Origin: an uncultured Pseudomonadales bacterium
GTDB lineage: Bacteria > Patescibacteriota > Microgenomatia > UBA1400 > PJMF01
Assembly: GCA_964645645.1 (NCBI GenBank)
Contig: CAZYBC010000004.1
Coordinates: 5,148 to 69,147, forward strand
Length of the DNA: 64,000 nt
Reading direction: 5' to 3'
Shown here: piece by piece, positions 40,721 to 48,600 of the stretch
How positions within the stretch are numbered: the stretch's first letter is position 1
How the letters are laid out: the number at the start of each line of letters is the position of its first letter
The notes under the pieces: model-generated
Told to the model about the DNA's origin: nothing
The model's input: the letters and a program-made list of their open reading frames with translations, nothing else
The model's database searches: none
Program-made: the position numbers and the translations under genes

Positions 40721-40865
40721 GCCAATTATTGGTCTGGCACGACTAACACCACTAATACTAATAACGCTTGGTACACTAATCTAAGCAATGGCAACACGAA
40801 CAACAATACCAAGACTACAGCTACATATTCATTTCGGTGTGTGTTTTAGTCTAAGGACTTTTAAA
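40721..40865 (+). repeat. DGR template repeat (TR) with 3' IMH*-like segment
   Basis: 145-nt match to reverse complement of 42462-42606; 13 mismatches, all A in TR; 11 AAY codons. Confidence 0.97.
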
Positions 40866-40872
40866 GAAAACT

Positions 40873-41229
40873 ATGTTTTATCAAAGCATGCCACTTTATC
40901 TAGAGCTGATTAACTTACTCAAGTTAGAATATAAGCTAAATAAAAATATTGCCAAACAATATCGTTATTCTTTGGGAGAAAAAATTATTGATTTAACCTG
41001 GCAAATGCTGGATTTATTTATTGAAGTTCAACATTTAAGCAACATTTCAAACTCTAATAAAACAGCTCTCATTAAAACAATGATTGCTGATCATGAAAAA
41101 TTGCAATTACGGCTCAGATTTTTAGGAGAATTGCAACTAATTTCTCTTAAACAACAAGCTCAATTGCTTGCTCATACAACGGCTATTGGCAAAATGCTGG
41201 GCAGCTGGCTAAAACATGTCCCAAAATAA
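40873..41229 (+). CDS. avd: DGR accessory variability determinant (four-helix bundle)
   Basis: 118 aa, basic; KQYRYSLGEKI...LRFLGEL..IS...IGKMLGSWLK; directly upstream of RT. Confidence 0.88.
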   Translation: MFYQSMPLYLELINLLKLEYKLNKNIAKQYRYSLGEKIIDLTWQMLDLFIEVQHLSNISNSNKTALIKTMIADHEKLQLRLRFLGELQLISLKQQAQLLAHTTAIGKMLGSWLKHVPK

Positions 41230-42400
41230 AACTAGCACAATTTTTACTTATCAAAAAATTCTTAAAGCTTATTTTTTCTGCCGAAAACATAAGCGTCAAG
41301 CTCTGAGTGCTTTGGCTTATGAACTAAACTTTGAGAAAAATCTTGGTCAATTGATAGAGCAGCTACAAAATAAAACCTATCAACCCCAAAGTGCGGTTTA
41401 TTTTATTGTTACCAAACCAAAACCTAGGGAAATTTTTGCCAGTGAATTTGGAGATAGAATTACCCATCATTTGCTTATTAACGAAGTAGAAAAAATCTGG
41501 GAAAAAGACATTTTCATCACTGATTCTTATGCTTGTAGAAAGGGCAAAGGCCACCATTTTGCCCTCCAAAGAGTGAAAAACTTAGCTAAAAAGTATCGAT
41601 ATTATGGCCAATTTGATATTAGTAATTTTTTCTCTAGTATTGATAAAAATATTTTATTTGAAATTTTTGCCAAAGTTATAAAAACACAAGCAAAACCAGA
41701 ATTCTGGAAAAATAATCTTTTATGGCTAACTAAAATAATTATTTTTTCTGATCCCACCCAAGATTTTTTTTATAAAGGCAATCAAAAATTAAAAAAATTA
41801 GTGCCAGCACAAAAGTCATTATTTAATCAAGAACCAGAAATTGGCTTGCCGATTGGCAATCTAAGTAGCCAATTTCTGGCTAATGTTTATCTTAATGAAC
41901 TAGATCAATTTGTAAACAAAAAGCTTAAAATAACCGCCTACGCTAGGTACGTTGATGACTTTTTAATCTTTAGTAATTCAAAAACTAAAGTTATTCAAGC
42001 CAGAAATCAAATTAAAGAATTTTTAAAAACTGAACTCAAATTAACCTTGCATCCTAAAAAACAGCAAATTCAAACTACTTGGCATGGCATTCCTTTTGTT
42101 GGCTACTTTATTAAGCCAGGTGGAGCGCAAGTTAGAAGAAATGTGGTAAAAACTCTTAAAAATAAATTGTTTTATGCCCAAAAACTCAAAAATTTACCCC
42201 AAATCATTACCTCTTTAAATTCTTATTATGGCCATTTTATTCATGCTAATTCATATCGCTTAAGAAAACACCTTTTTAAACAACATCTAAGTCAAGAATT
42301 TCATCAGTATCTGTGGGTAAAAGGTCATTACCAATCTTTTTGGCCAACTAAAAAGTTTTTTGCTAAAGGAAAAAATCTTTCCTTTAGCAAAAAAAAATAA
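41216..42400 (+). CDS. DGR reverse transcriptase
   Basis: PKPREIFA, DRITHH, SYACRKGKG, FDISNFF.SI, GLPIGNLSSQFLANVYLN (DGR-type SQ), RYVDD, FVGY. Confidence 0.96.
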   Translation: MSQNKTSTIFTYQKILKAYFFCRKHKRQALSALAYELNFEKNLGQLIEQLQNKTYQPQSAVYFIVTKPKPREIFASEFGDRITHHLLINEVEKIWEKDIFITDSYACRKGKGHHFALQRVKNLAKKYRYYGQFDISNFFSSIDKNILFEIFAKVIKTQAKPEFWKNNLLWLTKIIIFSDPTQDFFYKGNQKLKKLVPAQKSLFNQEPEIGLPIGNLSSQFLANVYLNELDQFVNKKLKITAYARYVDDFLIFSNSKTKVIQARNQIKEFLKTELKLTLHPKKQQIQTTWHGIPFVGYFIKPGGAQVRRNVVKTLKNKLFYAQKLKNLPQIITSLNSYYGHFIHANSYRLRKHLFKQHLSQEFHQYLWVKGHYQSFWPTKKFFAKGKNLSFSKKK

Positions 42401-42464
42401 AAAAACTCAAACCCGCCTTTGGCGGGAATAAAAACCTAAGTTTCAGATTCTGAAACTTAGGTTT
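42356..42464. other. Three tandem hairpins between RT end and VR (cruciform and/or bidirectional terminator)
   Basis: 17-bp stem 42356-42394; CCCGCC-TTT-GGCGGG 42412-42426; AAACCTAAGTTTCAG-ATT-CTGAAACTTAGGTTT 42432-42464. Confidence 0.8.
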
Positions 42465-42606
42465 AAAAGGCCTTAGACTAAAACACACACCGAAATGAAT
42501 ATGTAGCTGTAGTCTTGGTAAGGTTGTACGTGACGCCACTGCTTAGATGAGTGTACCAAGCGTTATTAGTAACAGTGGTGGAAGTCGTGCCAGACCAATA
42601 AGTGGC
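42462..42606 (-). repeat. DGR variable repeat (VR) plus IMH-like segment
   Basis: Encodes ATYWSGTTSTTVTNNAWYTHLSSGVTYNLTKTTATYSFRCVF*; TR encodes ANYWSGTTNTTNTNNAWYTNLSNGNTNNNTKTTATYSFRCVF*. Confidence 0.97.
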
Positions 42607-43371
42607 TGCACTATTACTTAAAAACTCAGCTGAGCCATCTATATAGGCCATCATCAACTCTTTTTGATAAGGCAAGCGCCAACCAGTACCTAAAGCTTCA
42701 CAGCCGGTTTTACTACTAATTAGTTTTACACACTTACAAGCCACATCGCCATGAGCAACACAAGAGCCAGGATTCTCCGCTGAACCAGGCTGAGCACAAT
42801 TATTCGCCGTAAACCAATTCGCCGCACTACTAATTCTAGCCGACCAGACTAAGCCAGTGTTGGCATCCTGCTTTTCTGCTTGAGCATTACTAGTATTACA
42901 GTAAGTATTCGCTTCATTACAAGTGGTCCAGCTAGCCAGATAACTCCCAGTTGGTAAAGTAGTAGCATCATGAATCCCGCCCACACTCTGTGGATAATCT
43001 GCATTTCCGCCATTATATGTACCATTAGCCTTAGCATCATTAAAAGTTCCTCTGGCAGCCGCATTAATTCTATTCCAGTAAGCCCCCCAATCTCCCCAGG
43101 ACCCAGCGGCCGTACTACCATAATCTAAAGTTGTTAAAGCATCAGCGAGTTGTTTTAAACGAGAATCAGCCTCAGATTCTGGAGAAGAACCTGTCTGTTC
43201 GGCGCGAATAATTTTAATTTGCCGGTTAAGACTCAGCCCTACCAAAACTAAAAACCCCACGGACAAAACTAACTGCCACGAAAAAATTTTTTGGCTTCTT
43301 ACAAATAGCAAGCGGATTTTTTGAAAAAATTTCATACTAATAATATGACGGATTAGAGAATGAGGTGTCAA
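42478..43371 (-). CDS. DGR target: membrane-anchored/secreted C-type-lectin-fold (DUF1566-like) protein; start may be ATG 43335
   Basis: N-terminal TM; D.NTGLVW, C..LGTGWRLP..KEL, YWS, C-terminal RCV; VR at the C-terminus. Confidence 0.92.
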   Translation of the reverse strand: MTPHSLIRHIISMKFFQKIRLLFVRSQKIFSWQLVLSVGFLVLVGLSLNRQIKIIRAEQTGSSPESEADSRLKQLADALTTLDYGSTAAGSWGDWGAYWNRINAAARGTFNDAKANGTYNGGNADYPQSVGGIHDATTLPTGSYLASWTTCNEANTYCNTSNAQAEKQDANTGLVWSARISSAANWFTANNCAQPGSAENPGSCVAHGDVACKCVKLISSKTGCEALGTGWRLPYQKELMMAYIDGSAEFLSNSAATYWSGTTSTTVTNNAWYTHLSSGVTYNLTKTTATYSFRCVF

Positions 43372-43373
43372 GA

Positions 43374-43440
43374 CTTAGTAAGTATAGCCTAATTAAACCA
43401 TTCCGCTTGCGGTGTGTTTAATAAGGCTATACTTACCAAG
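43374..43440 (-). repeat. 27-bp motif (43394-43420) at the tip of a long stem with unique arms
   Basis: GTAAGTATAGCCT-A-ATTAAAC-CATTCCGCTTGCGGTGT-GTTTAAT-A-AGGCTATACTTAC. Confidence 0.88.
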
Positions 43441-43442
43441 AT

Positions 43443-44201
43443 TTATACCGTTGTAATACTCTCAAATGGCAGGCTTTTGATAAGTTCCTCAATCTGACTG
43501 TCATCTACCTGCTTGGAATAGTAAATCTGGCCCATTTCCTGCTCTTTTTCAGTAGCAATTACCTTCCAGTTGGTTTGGATACTGGCTTTAGTAATTGGTC
43601 GGCGAATTTCCTTTTGCCGGACATATGAAATAATTTCATCCAAATCCAGCTGGTACTTTTCCAAAAGTAAGTAGATATCATAGAAATCTCGATAACGAGC
43701 CCGATCACTCATAGCTCGGATTTTCTCAGCACAGACTTCTCTGATATCCATAACAGACACTTTAAAATCTACACCCCAGACATTGTGATAAACCATCGTT
43801 TGAGGTGTAAGTAACACATTTTGCAAGAAGTCGATTTCTACCTTGAGCGAATTGGGCTGAATAAGTGGTCCCATATACTGAAGTTTTTCAAACTTAATTG
43901 TGGCATTAGAAAGATAGTCCTTTTTTATACTCAGATAATCAATATTATCAAAAATTTCCCTAATTTCTTCAAGTGACAACTGTGTTTTATTTGAAGAAAA
44001 ATCTAAATCCTCAGAAAAACGATATTGATCCAAATAACAGTGATGAAGGGCTGTGCCACCCTTAAAAATAAGATTTTTGCCAATTTTAGAAGCGGCAATA
44101 ATCTGCATTACCAGAGCTAAGAAATAATCCTTCTCAGCAATATGTAAAGGATAACGCAAACTTTTACGATTGATAATTTCAAGTTGTTGTCTAGTAAGCA
44201 T
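43443..44201 (-). CDS. AbiEii nucleotidyltransferase toxin
   Basis: EKDY, FKGGTAL, RFSEDLDF, EKIRA, RDFYD. Confidence 0.92.
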   Translation of the reverse strand: MLTRQQLEIINRKSLRYPLHIAEKDYFLALVMQIIAASKIGKNLIFKGGTALHHCYLDQYRFSEDLDFSSNKTQLSLEEIREIFDNIDYLSIKKDYLSNATIKFEKLQYMGPLIQPNSLKVEIDFLQNVLLTPQTMVYHNVWGVDFKVSVMDIREVCAEKIRAMSDRARYRDFYDIYLLLEKYQLDLDEIISYVRQKEIRRPITKASIQTNWKVIATEKEQEMGQIYYSKQVDDSQIEELIKSLPFESITTV

Positions 44202-44206
44202 AGGGT

Positions 44207-44989
44207 TTATTTAACTGACTGATATTTATCAAAATAAGCATCATAATATAATCGCCATTTGGCATTAAACTTAGTATCTCCAAAAATCATCAGGTGAGTA
44301 CCTTTTAACTTAACTTGATTATAAAGATCACTAGAATCAATTCCTAAAAGATCAAATAAGAAACCAAATATCTTAATGGTAACTAAAGACATCTTACCTA
44401 AATACTCAATCATTCTTTGTATATCAAGTGAACTTTTATACAATGAGAGCTTTTCCACAACCAAATCAACAGTATATTTGCTTTTATGGAATTGAATCAT
44501 ATCAATTAAGGCTTTTTCAGCCGTGGCCATACGCACTGTCTTATTATCTATAATTACCTCTTCCCAACCAAAAAACCATTTATCCAATACTTTTACAAAG
44601 CTATACTCGGCTGACTGCAATTGCACCGTCTTATACTGCACCTGAGAGATTGAAATAGTTTTGTTGGTTAGTTGGTCAAACATGCCATGATAAGCTAAAG
44701 CTGACTCAAAAGAGATGTAAGAATCTTTAACTAAAAGATTGGCAACGACATAGGGCGAGAGAGATAAAAATCCACGGTTGCTCAGGTCAGAGATGGCATA
44801 CAAACCTTTTTTTACCCGAATCAGCCAGCCGTTGTGGGTTAATTTAACAATTACCTTTTTTGTCCTCTGCTGGTTCCACAATCCCTCAGCCTGGCTATAA
44901 ATCTGCTCAGAAGTCACAATTTGGCCATGTTTGACGATCAGATTCTCTAGAAGCATGCTTTGATTGGTGTTTAGAATAGTTTGTTTCAT
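44207..44989 (-). CDS. AbiEi-type antitoxin
   Basis: GWLIRVKKGLY, SYISFESAL..HG, ATAEKALID. Confidence 0.9.
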   Translation of the reverse strand: MKQTILNTNQSMLLENLIVKHGQIVTSEQIYSQAEGLWNQQRTKKVIVKLTHNGWLIRVKKGLYAISDLSNRGFLSLSPYVVANLLVKDSYISFESALAYHGMFDQLTNKTISISQVQYKTVQLQSAEYSFVKVLDKWFFGWEEVIIDNKTVRMATAEKALIDMIQFHKSKYTVDLVVEKLSLYKSSLDIQRMIEYLGKMSLVTIKIFGFLFDLLGIDSSDLYNQVKLKGTHLMIFGDTKFNAKWRLYYDAYFDKYQSVK

Positions 44990-45281
44990 ATAGCTTAAGT
45001 ACCCTTTTATGGGAACTATCTACTTATAGATTAAACAATTCTAATAAACTTGTCAAGAATCCACATCAGAAAATACTTTTATTTAAGATTATCTGATTGA
45101 GCTCGACAAATCATAAATCAACAGGTTCAGACATATTTATGGGTTCAACAATGATATCTCCATGCCGATTTTTAAATACTCTAAAAATTTCGTCTACAAA
45201 TTAGAAATTCAATTACTATAATTACAAACTAGCCACTTTATGAATTTTAGGATTAAATAAAATTTTATTAATCTATTACAC

Positions 45282-45328
45282 ATAGTTTCACTAAATCATT
45301 CCACTTGTAGTGCATTTAGTGAGACTAT
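45282..45328 (-). repeat. Degenerate 27-bp motif (45292-45318) at the tip of a 15-bp stem with unique arms
   Basis: ATAGTTTCACTAAAT-CATTCCACTTGTAGTGC-ATTTAGTGAGACTAT. Confidence 0.8.
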
Positions 45329-45445
45329 ATATAAAGGTAGATTTTTCCAAACAAAACCCATATAATATACTTTCGCCAAAAATGCTGTGGGCGCAGAAAA
45401 TTCTGCCAACCTCATCAAATTAAAAAGCTGGCGAAATCACAATAA

Positions 45446-48400
45446 ATGTCAAAAACAAACCCTGCCAATTCTAACGCCAAAAAAACTAAGACCGCTTCAC
45501 CAGAGCCGGTTTCTCCTAACACTCACATTATTGTCACCGGGGCGCGTGAGCATAACCTCGCTAACATCAATTTAACCATTCCCAAAAACCAGCTGGTGGT
45601 TTTTACTGGCTTATCTGGTAGCGGCAAAAGTTCTTTAGCTTTTGATACTTTATACGCTGAAGGTCAACGTCGCTACGTGGAATCTTTAAGCTCTTATGCT
45701 CGCCAGTTTTTAGGGGGGATGAAAAAGCCAGCGGTTGATCAAATTGATGGGCTATCACCAGCTATTTCTATTGATCAAAAAACAACTTCACATAATCCTC
45801 GTTCTACCGTGGGCACGATTACTGAAATTTACGATTATTTGCGCTTACTTTTTGCTAGAGTGGGGCATCCTCATTGTCCAGAATGTGGTCAAGAAATTGC
45901 TAGCCAAAGTATTGATCAGATTGTTAATCAAGCTTTAAATAAAATTGAAGATCAGCTGAACCAAACTCAGCAACCGGCCAAACTCTTTATCCTTTCGCCA
46001 GTGGTTAAAAATCGTAAAGGGGAATTTTCTAGCTTATTAGCTTCATTACAAAAAAAAGGGTTTATTCGGGCTAGAATTGATGGCAATGTTTATGATTTGC
46101 GTCAAGAATTAAACCTCATTAAAACCAATAAACATAATATTGAAATTATTGTTGATCGGTTGATAATCAGTAAGCAACAAATGCGCGATGAGGCTGAACT
46201 CAAAACCATTAAAAGCCGGCTTAATCAATCTTTTGAAGAAGCGCTAAAACTGACTGATGGTTTAGCAATGATTAGTTTTATTTTAGATCAAAGTTTTGAT
46301 TTTCCAGAAAAACCGACTGACTTCAAAGACATTTTGTTCAGTGAAAAACTAGCTTGTAGTAATTGTGGCATTTCCATCAAAGAGCTAGAACCAAGAATGT
46401 TTTCTTTTAACTCTCCAGATGGCGCTTGTCCAGTTTGTCATGGTTTAGGTTCAATTTTAAAAATTGATCCTGATAAAATTTTAGCGTCAGATTTAACACT
46501 CAGCGAAGGGGCAATTATTCCTTTTGCCACTACTTTGGCTAGAGAAGGCTGGTGGACTAGATTAATCAAAACAGTGGTAGAAGATGCTGGTTATGATTTT
46601 CGTAAAACTCCATTTAAAGACATGAGTGAACAATTTCAGCAAGTGTTGTTATATGGTTCCAAAAAAATTTATGATGTAACTGGCGAAAATCGTTTTGGCC
46701 AAATGACCACTATTCAACAACAATTTGAAGGTTTTCTCAAAAATCTCGAAAGACGCTATCAAGAAACTAACAGTGATTTTATGCGTCACGAAATTGAACG
46801 CTACATGCGTAAAGAAACTTGCCAAGCTTGTTTGGGTGATCGGCTCAAGCCAGAATCTTTGGCAGTATATATTGATCATCAAAATATTGCTGATGTCAGT
46901 AAATTGCCCATTTCTCAGGCGCTAAAATGGATAGAAACTTTGCAAAAGCAAGATATTCTTAATCCTAAAGAAAAAGCCATTGCTCAATCAATTCTCAAAG
47001 AAATTCTCGCTCGTTTAAATTTTTTAACTTCGGTTGGTCTTAATTATTTAAACTTAGCTAGAGAAGCCGCCACCTTAGCCGGTGGTGAAGCTCAGCGGAT
47101 TCGCTTAGCATCTCAAATTGGCACTGGTCTAACTGGCGTGTTATATATTTTGGATGAACCGACCATTGGTTTACACCAACGTGACAATCATCAACTCATT
47201 AACACGCTCAAAAATCTGCGTGACAAAGGTAATAGTGTGATGGTGGTAGAGCATGACCGTGACTTAATGTTAGAAAGTGATTATTTGTTTGATTTTGGCC
47301 CAGAAGCTGGCAAAAATGGCGGCCAGGTAGTCGCTTTTGGGACACCCGAAGAAGTTTTAGCTAGTAAAAATTCTTTAACGGCTAAATATTTAGCCCGTAA
47401 AAAAGATGTTCTTAGAGAAAGACTCTCCGTTAATCTTAAGCCTCAAGAATTATCCGGCATTAAAACTGCCAGCCAAACTCAACAAGCCATTAAAATCAAA
47501 GGTGCTAATAAACATAACCTTAAAGGTTTAGATGTTGAATTGCCGTTAGGTAAATTAATTTGTATTACTGGTATTTCTGGTTCTGGAAAATCTACGCTTT
47601 TGCATGACACGCTTTATGCTAATTTAGCTGATAAGCTTGGCAAAAAAGTTGACGAAAAGCCAGGTTTTGTACAGGAATTTATTGTACCAGATTTGGTTAA
47701 ACGAGTTAGCTTAATTGACCAAAGTCCCATTGGTAAAACACCACGTTCTAATCCAGCTACTTACACAAAAATTTTTGATTACATTCGCAAAATTTTTGTA
47801 AATACTAAAGAAGCGCAAGTGCGCGGTTATAACCTTAGCCGCTTTAGCTTTAATGTCAAAGGTGGTCGTTGTGAAGCTTGCCAAGGTGACGGTCAGCTTA
47901 AAATTGAAATGCAGTTTTTACCTGATGTTTATGTCACTTGTGATGTTTGTCACGGCAAACGTTATAACAGCGAAACTTTGCAAGTTACCTATCAAGAAAA
48001 AAATATTGCCGAAGTTTTAAACATGGAAGTCGCTCAAGCTTACGAATTTTTTAAGAATCATGCCACTTTACGCCATAAACTCAAAACCCTCATTGACGTT
48101 GGTTTAGGTTATATCGAATTAGGTCAACCTGCGCCAACGCTCAGCGGCGGTGAAGCTCAGCGGGTGAAGTTAGCCAAAGAACTGGCGACCAAAAGTTATG
48201 ACCATACCATCTATTTACTTGATGAACCAACCACTGGTTTACACTTTGCCGATATTCAAAAACTACTCAATGTTTTAAGCCAACTTGTAGCTCAAGGCAA
48301 CACCGTAATTGTGATTGAACACAATCTCGACATTATTAAAAATGCTGATTGGATTATTGATTTAGGCCCAGAAGGTGGTGAGGCCGGTGGTGAAATTGTG

Positions 48401-48490
48401 GCCGTAGGGACACCAGAGCAAGTAGCACAAAATCCTAATTCCTTTACTGGCTATTATCTAAAACAAGAACTAGAACTAATGAAAAAATAG
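45446..48490 (+). CDS. uvrA: Excinuclease ABC subunit A
   Basis: GAREHNL, GLSGSGKSSLAFDT, zinc fingers, second ABC domain with LSGGEAQR. Confidence 0.98.
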   Translation: MSKTNPANSNAKKTKTASPEPVSPNTHIIVTGAREHNLANINLTIPKNQLVVFTGLSGSGKSSLAFDTLYAEGQRRYVESLSSYARQFLGGMKKPAVDQIDGLSPAISIDQKTTSHNPRSTVGTITEIYDYLRLLFARVGHPHCPECGQEIASQSIDQIVNQALNKIEDQLNQTQQPAKLFILSPVVKNRKGEFSSLLASLQKKGFIRARIDGNVYDLRQELNLIKTNKHNIEIIVDRLIISKQQMRDEAELKTIKSRLNQSFEEALKLTDGLAMISFILDQSFDFPEKPTDFKDILFSEKLACSNCGISIKELEPRMFSFNSPDGACPVCHGLGSILKIDPDKILASDLTLSEGAIIPFATTLAREGWWTRLIKTVVEDAGYDFRKTPFKDMSEQFQQVLLYGSKKIYDVTGENRFGQMTTIQQQFEGFLKNLERRYQETNSDFMRHEIERYMRKETCQACLGDRLKPESLAVYIDHQNIADVSKLPISQALKWIETLQKQDILNPKEKAIAQSILKEILARLNFLTSVGLNYLNLAREAATLAGGEAQRIRLASQIGTGLTGVLYILDEPTIGLHQRDNHQLINTLKNLRDKGNSVMVVEHDRDLMLESDYLFDFGPEAGKNGGQVVAFGTPEEVLASKNSLTAKYLARKKDVLRERLSVNLKPQELSGIKTASQTQQAIKIKGANKHNLKGLDVELPLGKLICITGISGSGKSTLLHDTLYANLADKLGKKVDEKPGFVQEFIVPDLVKRVSLIDQSPIGKTPRSNPATYTKIFDYIRKIFVNTKEAQVRGYNLSRFSFNVKGGRCEACQGDGQLKIEMQFLPDVYVTCDVCHGKRYNSETLQVTYQEKNIAEVLNMEVAQAYEFFKNHATLRHKLKTLIDVGLGYIELGQPAPTLSGGEAQRVKLAKELATKSYDHTIYLLDEPTTGLHFADIQKLLNVLSQLVAQGNTVIVIEHNLDIIKNADWIIDLGPEGGEAGGEIVAVGTPEQVAQNPNSFTGYYLKQELELMKK

Positions 48491-48600
48491 CTTGACTGCA
48501 CAATAGAGGTCAACTGAACGGCTAAAAAAACTAGAAATGTGTCGGGATTTTTGTCGAGATACTCTTTCGTCAGTTTCTTTTCTCTAGTATATTAAACTTA

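Larger units (their letters stand above)
40721..43371. mobile_element. Diversity-generating retroelement (TR-avd-RT convergent with target)
   Basis: All canonical components present; adenine-specific TR/VR divergence. Confidence 0.97.

Noticed and set aside
41216-42400. Group II intron or retron RT
   Set aside because: SQ motif, avd neighbour and A-specific TR/VR pair indicate a DGR; no intron domain V seen
43374-43440. Integron attC sites
   Set aside because: No RYYYAAC/GTTRRRY ends; conservation is at the tip rather than the base; no intI gene
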